Shown: positions 38,651 through 47,355 of the stretch, one piece after another
Layout: each line of letters opens with the position of its first letter
How positions within the stretch are numbered: position 1 is the first letter of the stretch
Source of the DNA: Flavobacteriales bacterium
GTDB taxonomy: Bacteria > Bacteroidota > Bacteroidia > M30B66
Assembly (NCBI GenBank): GCA_046294625.1
Contig: JBKBKN010000001.1
Span: 151,686-215,685 of the forward strand
Direction: 5' to 3'
DNA: 64,000 bases
Translations under genes and position numbers: made by a program
Notes under the pieces: generated by a model
The model's database searches: none
Seen by the model: only the letters and a program-made list of their open reading frames with translations
What the model was told of the DNA's origin: nothing

Positions 38651-39038
38651 ATCACTTTAGTTGGTAGCAGCAGGAATAGTTTATCCCTGTTTATTTATTT
38701 TCTTTTTGGCAAGACTTCTGTTTACTCTCGTCTTTGCCCTCACTGCTTCATTAAAGCTCATGAGTACAGAAGCTTTTGAGCTTTACTTAAACAGTTGAGG
38801 GTTCAGTATTGTGGCTGCATCACTCTTAGCCCGACTGATAATTATCTGTGAATTCGGTTCGGTGGATTTGTTGATTTTAAATGTTCAGCTCCGCAGAACG
38901 CTTCGTTTATCACTTTTTCTCCTAGCCATCCTCATCGGTTTGTCAGTTTTTCAGGCTGGTTTTAGCTTAGTTTATCCTTATCATCTTTCATCCGGCAACT
39001 ATTTTATTTTTCAGGGATTCGACACGATTTATTAAGCA

Positions 39039-39608
39039 TTGATAATTTTCGGGTTGATTTCTTATTTGCGAAAAGCCCCGGTTTTGAATCAGTCTCAAAA
39101 ATCTACAAAGAAGCAAATTCTAGTATTTGCCATGCTTGGCCTAAGCTTCGGTTTTCCATTAATCTACAGCGCCCCCGACTTTGTTTTATTTCAAACCGAG
39201 CCTATTCATGAAGCCAGAAAATTTCAAAACGACAGTCTTTACAAATCTCTGCAATTTACTTCTAACCTAAAGCCACAAGCATCGGAAGAACCCTATATTT
39301 TGCTTGCTGTAACGCCGAGTTGTCCATTTTGCAAATTACTAACCACAAGAGTGTATTTTTTGCAGGAGTATGGATTTATCGACTTGCCAATTTATTTTCT
39401 AATGCTTTCAAGCGAGCCCAAAGAAGCAGGCCAACATTGGAGTGATAATCATGCAGCACCCTTTCCGATTGCAACCGTTGACAATTTACCCGACTTTATA
39501 TCCATAGTAGGCAACACTTTTCCCGCCTTATATCTTATGAGGGGAACTCAATACTACGCAAAGATGGACTATCGTGATTTCAGACTTTCGCGCTTAAAGC
39601 AATTCTAA
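39039..39608 (+). CDS. Hypothetical membrane/secreted protein with a thioredoxin-like CPFC motif
   Basis: 'LLAVTPSCPFCKLL' (CxxC). N-terminal hydrophobic segment. The annotated start is a TTG and is uncertain. Confidence 0.4.
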   Translation: MIIFGLISYLRKAPVLNQSQKSTKKQILVFAMLGLSFGFPLIYSAPDFVLFQTEPIHEARKFQNDSLYKSLQFTSNLKPQASEEPYILLAVTPSCPFCKLLTTRVYFLQEYGFIDLPIYFLMLSSEPKEAGQHWSDNHAAPFPIATVDNLPDFISIVGNTFPALYLMRGTQYYAKMDYRDFRLSRLKQF

Positions 39609-39609
39609 G

Positions 39610-41070
39610 CTAAGCGCTTAGTAGGCTCTTCATATTCACCTTATCTCCAATTATTTTTTCCAAGTGCTCCACAGGCACACGCTCCTGAAGCATGGTGTCT
39701 CGGTGACGAATGGTTACGGTATTGTTCTCCAACGTATCATGATCGACTGTTACGCAAAATGGCGTGCCAATGGCATCGTGACGACGATAGCGTTTCCCGA
39801 TAGCATCCTTTTCTTCGTAATGACAATTGAAATCAAATTTAAGCCTATCCATGATTTCGCGTGCTTTCTCTGGCAGACCATCTTTTTTAGTAAGTGGGAA
39901 AACGGCCACTTTCATCGGAGCGAGCTGTGGCGGAATGCTTAATACAACACGGGTATCTTTTTTGTCAGCTTCGCCCACTTCTTCTTCTTTGTAGGCATTG
40001 CAAAGGGTCAACAGAAACATGCGATCGAGTCCGATAGAAGTTTCGATTACATATGGGATATAATTTTGATTGATCTCCGGATCGAAATATTGCATTTTTT
40101 TACCGCTGAATTCCTGATGCTGCCGCAAATCAAAGTCGGTGCGGGAATGAATACCCTCTACTTCTTTAAAGCCGAAAGGAAATTCAAATTCTATATCTAA
40201 TGCCGCATTAGCGTAGTGTGCTAACTTTTCGTGATTGTGAAAACGATATTTTTCTTTTGGCGTGCCAAGGGCTAGATGCCATTTCAATCGGGTTTCTTTC
40301 CAATGTTCATACCATTTCAGTTCTTCACCCGGGCGGACAAAAAACTGCATTTCCATTTGTTCAAATTCACGCATGCGCATGATAAACTGTCGTGCGATGA
40401 TTTCATTGCGAAAGGCTTTTCCAATTTGTGCAATACCAAAGGGTATTTTCATTCTTCCGGTTTTTTGCACATTCAGAAAATTAACAAAAATACCTTGCGC
40501 TGTTTCCGGTCGCAAATACACTTCGTCAGCACCATCGGCCATAGCTCCCATTTGTGTTGCAAACATCAGGTTGAACTGACGCACATCGGTCCAATTGCGT
40601 GTACCACTAATCGGACAAGCTATTTCATGAGCTTCAATCAATGTCTTTAGGGCATTCAAATCATTTTCATTGAGCGCTTTGTTCATGTCATCACTCAATT
40701 GCTGCGCTTTATCCGTCTTACCTTTTTTGATGTAGCGTTCGATTTGCTCTTCAAGAATCTGATCGGCACGGTAACGTTTTTTTGAGTCCTTATTGTCGAT
40801 CATCGGGTCACTAAATCCATCCACATGGCCTGAGGCTTTCCACACACGAGGATGCATAAAGATGGCGGCATCTATACCAACAATGTTTTCATGCATTTGC
40901 ACCATCGATTTCCACCAGTATGTTTTGATATTGTTTTTCAGCTCTACGCCGTTTTGGCCATAATCATAGACCGCGCCGAGTCCATCATAAATTTCTGACG
41001 ACTGAAAAATAAATCCATACTCTTTGGCATGTGCCACTACTTTTTTAAACAGTTCTTCCTGGTTTGACAT
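39610..41070 (-). CDS. glyQS: Glycyl-tRNA synthetase (dimeric class II type)
   Basis: 'FKASGHVDGFSDPM', 'FNLMFATQMG', 'AQGIFVNF' and 'SIGLDRMFL'. Length 486 aa. Confidence 0.95.
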   Translation of the reverse strand: MSNQEELFKKVVAHAKEYGFIFQSSEIYDGLGAVYDYGQNGVELKNNIKTYWWKSMVQMHENIVGIDAAIFMHPRVWKASGHVDGFSDPMIDNKDSKKRYRADQILEEQIERYIKKGKTDKAQQLSDDMNKALNENDLNALKTLIEAHEIACPISGTRNWTDVRQFNLMFATQMGAMADGADEVYLRPETAQGIFVNFLNVQKTGRMKIPFGIAQIGKAFRNEIIARQFIMRMREFEQMEMQFFVRPGEELKWYEHWKETRLKWHLALGTPKEKYRFHNHEKLAHYANAALDIEFEFPFGFKEVEGIHSRTDFDLRQHQEFSGKKMQYFDPEINQNYIPYVIETSIGLDRMFLLTLCNAYKEEEVGEADKKDTRVVLSIPPQLAPMKVAVFPLTKKDGLPEKAREIMDRLKFDFNCHYEEKDAIGKRYRRHDAIGTPFCVTVDHDTLENNTVTIRHRDTMLQERVPVEHLEKIIGDKVNMKSLLSA

Positions 41071-41094
41071 GGTGTATGATTAAAATTCAAGTGT

Positions 41095-41598
41095 TTATAG
41101 TTCCATTAAATCCCGCTTGGTACGGCAACGTTCGATTGACTTTTTGTAAATTTCAAGATTATTATCCAGAAGTGTACATTTGATCGCCATTTTGTAGTTT
41201 TCTATAGCTTTGTTATAGTCTTCCTGTAACTCATACATAATGCCCATCTCGTTTCGTATAGATGCTTTGTCAACACCTGCAATATGGAGCGATTTTTCGA
41301 GCAGATCTTTTTGTTCATCAAATTTCCCCATTGAGCTTAACACTATAGAAAGATTGATATAAACAGCCGGATAATCTGGACTGTAGGCGATGCACTGACG
41401 ATACATCTTTTCGGCTTTTTCCAGTTCCTTTAGTTTGGTTTCATAGATGAAGCCGAGATGATTATAGGCTTTGCCAAAATCGGGTGCTCTTGAAATAATA
41501 TCTTCGAGCAAGTGTACTGCTTCAGATATGTGATTGTCTTTGATCAGCGCGTCAGCTTCAAAGAGCATATCTTCATAAATCAGATACTCATCTGCCAT
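41095..41598 (-). CDS. Tetratricopeptide repeat protein
   Basis: Three or four TPR-like units, e.g. 'AEKMYRQCIAYSPDYPAVYINLSIVL'. Confidence 0.6.
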   Translation of the reverse strand: MADEYLIYEDMLFEADALIKDNHISEAVHLLEDIISRAPDFGKAYNHLGFIYETKLKELEKAEKMYRQCIAYSPDYPAVYINLSIVLSSMGKFDEQKDLLEKSLHIAGVDKASIRNEMGIMYELQEDYNKAIENYKMAIKCTLLDNNLEIYKKSIERCRTKRDLMEL

Positions 41599-41684
41599 GT
41601 TGAATAATTTGCAGCAAACCTAAAAGAATTGAATGGAACGCACAAAAGAATTTAATTCCGACACCATGTGTTTAATAGCTAATT

Positions 41685-42278
41685 TTGCAACTAAATTTTG
41701 ATCAAATGATTATTGTAGGCGGACACCTGGTTTCTCAAGATTTGTTAGAGAAAAAGTTTGTGTGTGATCTCAACGCATGCAAAGGTGCTTGCTGCGTATT
41801 AGGTGACTCCGGAGCCCCGCTCGAAGAGCAGGAAATTGGTTTGCTCGAAGACGATTGGGAACACATTAAGCCCTATATACCAGCGGATGGGCTGAGAGAA
41901 ATTGAAGAATGGGGAAATTTTGTTATTGATACCGATGGTGATTTGGTCACCCCCTTGGTGAAGGGCAAACACTGTGCATATACCGTTTTTGAAGAAGATG
42001 GAACAGCAGCCTGTGGTATAGAACTTGCCTGGAGAGCCGGAAAAACAACTTTTAGAAAGCCTATTTCCTGTCATTTATATCCGGTGCGGATTAGTAAGCT
42101 TTACGATCGCGATGCGGTAAATTATCACGAATGGGATATTTGCAAACCTGCCTGCCATTGCGGAGAGAAACTACAGGTTCCAGTCTATCGCTTTTTAAAG
42201 GAAGCTTTGATTCGTAAATATGGCGAAGCATGGTATGCTGAACTCGAAGAAGTAGCTACAGCGTATTTAGGCCGGTAA
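41685..42278 (+). CDS. Cys-rich protein of the YkgJ/DUF3109 type (putative Zn/Fe-binding CxxCxxCC-like domain)
   Basis: 'CDLNACKGACCVLG', plus further conserved Cys/His residues 'KHCAY', 'ISCHLYP' and 'CKPACHCG'. Confidence 0.5.
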   Translation: MQLNFDQMIIVGGHLVSQDLLEKKFVCDLNACKGACCVLGDSGAPLEEQEIGLLEDDWEHIKPYIPADGLREIEEWGNFVIDTDGDLVTPLVKGKHCAYTVFEEDGTAACGIELAWRAGKTTFRKPISCHLYPVRISKLYDRDAVNYHEWDICKPACHCGEKLQVPVYRFLKEALIRKYGEAWYAELEEVATAYLGR

Positions 42279-42279
42279 A

Positions 42280-43605
42280 TTACTTCCCTGAAATAGCCTT
42301 GATGATATCGTTGGCATTGGCAAAAATCAGAAGGCTTAACAATAAGACCATTCCAATGATTTGTGCTTTCTCCAGAAACTTCTCGCTGGGTTTGCGACCG
42401 GTAATCATTTCATAAAGCAGAAAAACCACATGGCCTCCATCAAGTGCCGGAATTGGAAGAATATTCATGAAAGCTAAAGCAATGGAGATAAATGCAGTAA
42501 TGTTCCAGAATCTTTGCCAGTCCCAATTGGCATCAAACTGACTCGCAATTGCACCGAACCCTCCTAACTTTTGAGAACCTTCTTTAGTAAACACTACTTT
42601 GAACTGTTTCACATAGTTCACAAGTGTTCCGAAGCCTTCTGAAATGCCAGCAGGGAATGATTCAATAAAACTGTAGCGCTCAACGGCTACACTGAGAAAT
42701 TCATTCGGACCCACCGGCCTAAAGCCTATAGTGCCTGCTGCGCTGATTGGAGTATTAATCACTACCGTATCTGCCCCCCGCAAAAGAGTGACTTTCGCAT
42801 CAGATTCTTTAAATGAAGCTAAAGTCCGTTGCAGACGGTGAAATGATGGTGTTGGAACATCATTGACGGCGATTACCTGGTCGCCTTTCATAAGGCCGTT
42901 TTTCCCGGCCTCTGAATCGGATGGAATAGAATCAACAACAGCAGGAAAGGCAGGAAGAAAGAGCACTGGCTCGTTGAGTGCAACCATTTTTTCTGCAAAG
43001 CCCTTTGGGATAGCGATTTTTTCTCTTTGCCCATTGCGCTCAATTTCAACCACAGGGTCACTCCCTAGCAAAATTTCAAGATTTAATTCTTTAAAGTCCT
43101 TAGGCAATTTGCCATTTATAGAAATAATTTTATCGCCATCCTGAAATCCAGCATCAAAGCCAATCTCATCGAGCACCACTACACCATATTCTGCATTAGC
43201 CACCGGAATGTATTCTTTGCCATAAGCATACAAAAGCATGGCATAAATAAACATTCCTAAAATCAGGTTCACCGTAACCCCACCAATCATTACAATCAAT
43301 CGCTGCCAGGCCGGCTTGGAACGAAACTCCCATGGCTGTGGAGGTTGAGCCATTTGCTCTTTATCCATCGATTCGTCTACCATTCCGGCTATTTTCACAT
43401 ATCCCCCCAAAGGCAGCCAGCCAACACCATATTCAGTATCGCCTTTTTTCTTTTTGAAAATAGAAAACCAGGGATCGAAAAAGAGATAGAATTTCTCCAC
43501 ACGCATGCCAAATTTCTTCGCAGGAAGGAAGTGGCCGAGTTCATGTAAAATAACGAGTATAGATAGGCTTAGTATTAGCTGGAGACCCAGCATTAAATAG
43601 GTCAT
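42280..43605 (-). CDS. rseP: RIP metalloprotease RseP (site-2 protease) with PDZ domains
   Basis: 'ILHELGHFLPAKKFGM' (HExxH) in TM1. Central PDZ segments. C-terminal 'LDGGH' motif in 'PALDGGHVVFLLYE'. Confidence 0.9.
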   Translation of the reverse strand: MTYLMLGLQLILSLSILVILHELGHFLPAKKFGMRVEKFYLFFDPWFSIFKKKKGDTEYGVGWLPLGGYVKIAGMVDESMDKEQMAQPPQPWEFRSKPAWQRLIVMIGGVTVNLILGMFIYAMLLYAYGKEYIPVANAEYGVVVLDEIGFDAGFQDGDKIISINGKLPKDFKELNLEILLGSDPVVEIERNGQREKIAIPKGFAEKMVALNEPVLFLPAFPAVVDSIPSDSEAGKNGLMKGDQVIAVNDVPTPSFHRLQRTLASFKESDAKVTLLRGADTVVINTPISAAGTIGFRPVGPNEFLSVAVERYSFIESFPAGISEGFGTLVNYVKQFKVVFTKEGSQKLGGFGAIASQFDANWDWQRFWNITAFISIALAFMNILPIPALDGGHVVFLLYEMITGRKPSEKFLEKAQIIGMVLLLSLLIFANANDIIKAISGK

Positions 43606-43875
43606 AGAAGTCTGTAATCAATAAAGGTGAGCAAAAGTAACTGAAATTTTCGAACGGCACTCTTCAGAAGTTCTTGAAGCCTATTTTTTTGCATTTTTAA
43701 ATAACATGTTTTCTGCTAGTCTTATCTGTTATTTATCGAATTTGTTACTCAATAAAAAATCATATATATTCAATTGTTAATTGTTTATTAATTCGGGCTC
43801 ATGATTGATATTAATAAGTTTTATTTGATGTATTTTTGCATCGGATACATAGGTACTGCCAAATAGATTAGCAAA

Positions 43876-44616
43876 ATGAAAATTACAAAAACCAAACAAT
43901 CAAACGCCATGTCGGAAGAATTAAACTACTATTTCAGGGCTGCCTGTTCTGTAAGCACGGTGATTTTCGGCTTTGATGATAAAAAGATAAAAGTATTGTT
44001 GGTAAAGCGATTGCAGGATCCGCATCGCGGCAAATGGTCATTGCCGGCAGAGTTGGTTTACCCCAACGATGATATAGAAAAAACGGTTGATAATCTGGTG
44101 ATAGAAATTAGCGGGGTCAACAAATTTTACAAGAAGCAAATTCGTGCTTTCGCAGATATTACAAGACATCCTTTAGGTAGGGTAATCAGCATAGGTTATT
44201 ATTGTTTTGTGAATATTAAAGACTACAAGCAAAACAATGAAAGCGAAGTGGGCAAGACTGCTCAATGGTTTGATTTTAAAAACATGCCTATACTTGCATT
44301 TGACCACAACGAGATTGTGGCTGCTGCCAATCGTCGATTGCTTACTAAAATGAGTACACAGTTAGCAGGCTTTGAGCTATTGCCCGAAAAGTTTACGCTC
44401 AGCGAATTACAAAATCTCTATGAGTCTGTGCTAGGCCATGAACTTGACAAACGAAATTTTCGCCGAAAAGTGATGAGTTTGGGGGTAATCGAAGATTTGG
44501 ACGAGCCAATGCCCGATTGGGAAGGTAGTGGGAAAGCTCCCATGTTGCATAAACTGCTTCGTGAAAGATACATGGATATTAAAAACAAAAACCCCAAAGA
44601 TTTAGAGATTTTCTAA
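43876..44616 (+). CDS. NrtR-like transcriptional regulator: degenerate Nudix domain plus C-terminal winged-helix DNA-binding domain
   Basis: Nudix-like region 'GKWSLPAELVYPNDDIEKTVDNLVIEISGV' lacking the catalytic REx2EE. C-terminal 'LSELQNLYESVLGHELDKRNFRRKV' matches the NrtR DNA-binding domain. Confidence 0.65.
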   Translation: MKITKTKQSNAMSEELNYYFRAACSVSTVIFGFDDKKIKVLLVKRLQDPHRGKWSLPAELVYPNDDIEKTVDNLVIEISGVNKFYKKQIRAFADITRHPLGRVISIGYYCFVNIKDYKQNNESEVGKTAQWFDFKNMPILAFDHNEIVAAANRRLLTKMSTQLAGFELLPEKFTLSELQNLYESVLGHELDKRNFRRKVMSLGVIEDLDEPMPDWEGSGKAPMLHKLLRERYMDIKNKNPKDLEIF

Positions 44617-44646
44617 AACCTTGGGGTTCATTAACGTCTTTCTCAA

Positions 44647-45045
44647 TTATTCTGTAGGCTTCTTGTTCTTCTGTTCCTCGTTTGGATTAGCATGCCTTTC
44701 CAACTTTACACGATCTACTCTCACAGGCTGAACGGTAGTGTTATCTACCGCCTTTGCTTCTTTAAGTGGAGCATTTTGCTCTACTTCACTGCCAGGTAAA
44801 TTGCTTCGGGTACCGGTAGCAGTATTCGATTCCGGATTAACCGGTTTCAAAGGAACTTGATGTGGAAGTCTATTGGAGATTACTCCATTTTGATTTCCAG
44901 TTTCATTAGATTGTGCCGGTTCAGTTGTCTTGCCCATTAAGACATCTCTTTCACGCTGTGCAGCTCTATTTTCAGCATCTGTTTGACCTATGGCTAAGGA
45001 GCAAACGAAAAAACTAAAAGAAATTGCTATTATGTTTTTCATCAT
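44647..45045 (-). CDS. Hypothetical secreted low-complexity protein
   Basis: Signal 'MMKNIIAISFSFFVCSLAIGQ' followed by a Pro/Asn/Glu-rich sequence. Confidence 0.4.
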   Translation of the reverse strand: MMKNIIAISFSFFVCSLAIGQTDAENRAAQRERDVLMGKTTEPAQSNETGNQNGVISNRLPHQVPLKPVNPESNTATGTRSNLPGSEVEQNAPLKEAKAVDNTTVQPVRVDRVKLERHANPNEEQKNKKPTE

Positions 45046-45236
45046 TTTAAAGTGTTGAATTGATGGTTATAAAACGGCTAATTAAAACTATTGGTTTCTA
45101 TGAATTGATTTGGAAACTTTAAGCATCCAATTCAAGATCATAAAAGTAATTGATCCAATTCATTTATGCAAATGCTTCATTTATTCCATCTGATGTGTTG
45201 TGTGTTGGTCACAACAAAGTAAGCATATCTAGAACT

Positions 45237-45479
45237 TCATTCATCAAGTTTGCGATGAGTTCCATCGCAGAATGGCGCATTGGAAGAAGCTTTGCAGCCG
45301 CACCATGCTATTTTCTTAGTGGTTTCAATTTTCTCAATCACCGGTCTGAAATTGGTTCCCTTATGCGAACCATCACAGTAGGGTTGTTTGCTGCTTTTGC
45401 CACATGCACACCATGCATAAGTCCCAGGCTCGCATTCGATTACAAAAGGAGATTTCTGTGCAATGAAAGGTTTGTCCAT
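45237..45479 (-). CDS. CDGSH iron-sulfur domain protein (two CDGSH motifs)
   Basis: 'CACGKSSKQPYCDGSHKG' and 'CGCKASSNAPFCDGTHRK'. Confidence 0.85.
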   Translation of the reverse strand: MDKPFIAQKSPFVIECEPGTYAWCACGKSSKQPYCDGSHKGTNFRPVIEKIETTKKIAWCGCKASSNAPFCDGTHRKLDE

Positions 45480-45490
45480 AGTTAAATATT

Positions 45491-46429
45491 TTAGTCGTTT
45501 AAAGATACCAAATAGCGCTCTGCGTCCAATGCGGCCATGCAACCTGTTCCGGCTGCTGTAACGGCTTGACGATAAACGTGGTCCTGCACGTCGCCGCAGG
45601 CAAATACACCCGGTACATTTGTTTTAGTACTGCCCGGAATAGTCTTGATATATCCATTCTCATCCATATCCAAAAGTCCTTTGAAAAGAGATGAGTTAGG
45701 CGTATGCCCAATGGCTACAAAGAAGCCTGAAATATCCAGCTTGCGTGTGTCGCCGGTTTTGGTGTTTCTAATCAAAACTCCGTTAACGGCTTCTTCGCCC
45801 AGGATTTCTTGTGTTTCATGCTCAAAAATTACCTCAAGATTAGGCGTTTTAAACACCCTTGCCTGCATGGCCTTTGAAGCGCGGAGTTCATTTTTTCTTA
45901 CAATCATGTAAACCTTATTACAGAGTTTTGCAAGATAAGTGGCTTCTTCAGCTGCGGTATCCCCGCCGCCAACTATTGCCACATCCTGACCACGAAAGAA
46001 GAATCCATCGCAAACTGCACAAGCTGAAACACCTCGGCCATTGAGTTTGTCTTCTGATGGAATGCCTAACCATTTGGCTGAAGCTCCTGTGGAAATAATT
46101 AAGGTTTTTGTTTCTATTATTTTGCTCTCGTCGATCGTTACTTTATGATAGGGTTGGCCGAATTCTACTTTTGTAGCCATACCAAAGCGAACATCCGTGC
46201 CAAATCTTTCCGCTTGTTTCTTAAAGTCTTCCATCATCTCCGGCCCCATTACGCCATCCGGATAGCCGGGGTAATTTTCTACGTCATTGGTGATGGTCAG
46301 CTGTCCGCCAGGCTGCATGCCGGTATAAAGTACAGGTTTCAGATCAGCGCGTGCTGCATAAATGGCTGCTGTGTATCCAGCAGGGCCTGAGCCAATAATC
46401 AGGCAATCGATTTTTTCTATTTCGTTCAT
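45491..46429 (-). CDS. trxB: Thioredoxin-disulfide reductase
   Basis: FAD 'IIGSGPAGYTAAIYA', redox-active 'CAVCDG', and NADPH 'VGGGDTAAEEA'. Confidence 0.95.
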   Translation of the reverse strand: MNEIEKIDCLIIGSGPAGYTAAIYAARADLKPVLYTGMQPGGQLTITNDVENYPGYPDGVMGPEMMEDFKKQAERFGTDVRFGMATKVEFGQPYHKVTIDESKIIETKTLIISTGASAKWLGIPSEDKLNGRGVSACAVCDGFFFRGQDVAIVGGGDTAAEEATYLAKLCNKVYMIVRKNELRASKAMQARVFKTPNLEVIFEHETQEILGEEAVNGVLIRNTKTGDTRKLDISGFFVAIGHTPNSSLFKGLLDMDENGYIKTIPGSTKTNVPGVFACGDVQDHVYRQAVTAAGTGCMAALDAERYLVSLND

Positions 46430-46467
46430 GATATGATTCTTCAATAAAGCCGCAAATATACCAAGAT

Positions 46468-47355
46468 TTATTGGGCTATGGTGGTATCAAAGGTTACACC
46501 ATAACCACACCATACACCCAAACCACCTTCTCCTTTAATATTAGACTTGATGAGAACCGGAACGGCAAATGGATTGCCATTGCTGCTCACGGCGACTTCG
46601 AGCGTGTTGAAGAAATTAAATTCATTGATCCCTATTGTGCAGAATTTGGTGTAAATGGTATCTCCCCGCTTAAAGAAGAAATCTTCTCTGCGGGATTCAC
46701 TGAAGCCGACGAACGGTGGTAGTGGATTTCCTGCAAAAAACTCTATGGTGAGTCCATTGCTGAACCGATCATCGGACACGCTGCCGCGAGCGGGTAAAAA
46801 ACTAGGGAAGCTATTACGCCTAAGAAAAAGGCGATAGGCATTTCCAATGGTATCAGGGTCAGTATATCGGATAAAAACAAATCCTAACGAGTCTTCATTT
46901 TGGTCAAAAATATTCAATCCGAAAAAAGTGGTGTCAATGGGAACGGGTGGGGGAATACGGGTTGATGAAGTTAGAATTCGTCCATCTGCCTGAATGGTGA
47001 TGCTATATGTTTTACCAACTTCTCCCACCATATTGGCTGTGGTGTAAAACAAAAAAGGATATTGATTGGAAAAGGTCAAAAACATGGTTTCGGTCACAGA
47101 GCCGTCTGTGATGGTGATGTTGGCATCTAGTATGAGCGTTTTGTTAATAAACTCGATAGAATCTGTGGGTACCTGATCAAAAAAACCTCTGCTTCGTGTT
47201 AGTAAAATGCGTGGTTTTTCTCCTTGTTCAATCGCACCTTCAACCACCACTCTGATAGCAGCATCGCCCAAATCGATATCGATGTCTCTTTCGCAGGCGT
47301 AGAAAAGCGATGCGGTGATGAAAAGTATCGGGAATATTTTAAATAATTTTTTCAT
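46468..47355 (-). CDS. DUF4249-like lipoprotein, the usual partner encoded downstream of a TonB-dependent receptor
   Basis: Lipobox 'LFITASLFYAC'. Position immediately 3' of the TBDR gene on the same strand. Confidence 0.55.
   Translation of the reverse strand: MKKLFKIFPILFITASLFYACERDIDIDLGDAAIRVVVEGAIEQGEKPRILLTRSRGFFDQVPTDSIEFINKTLILDANITITDGSVTETMFLTFSNQYPFLFYTTANMVGEVGKTYSITIQADGRILTSSTRIPPPVPIDTTFFGLNIFDQNEDSLGFVFIRYTDPDTIGNAYRLFLRRNSFPSFLPARGSVSDDRFSNGLTIEFFAGNPLPPFVGFSESRREDFFFKRGDTIYTKFCTIGINEFNFFNTLEVAVSSNGNPFAVPVLIKSNIKGEGGLGVWCGYGVTFDTTIAQ

Noticed and set aside
38811-39608. Two plus-strand ORFs (38811-39035 and 39039-39608) share one frame and are separated only by TAA. The upstream piece is hydrophobic, so it could be the severed N-terminus of the CPFC thioredoxin-like protein.
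   Set aside because: The downstream ORF already has its own plausible signal peptide (KSTKKQILVFAMLGLSFGFPLIYSA). The upstream piece starts at GTG with no conserved motif. Random open frames of 70 codons are expected in a 388-bp AT-rich intergenic region. Kept only as a low-priority possibility.
44590-44628. Inverted repeat AACCCCAA...TTGGGGTT overlapping the stop codon of the NrtR-like gene; possible terminator.
   Set aside because: The loop is 23 nt and there is no downstream U-tract on either strand, so it is a weak terminator candidate at best.
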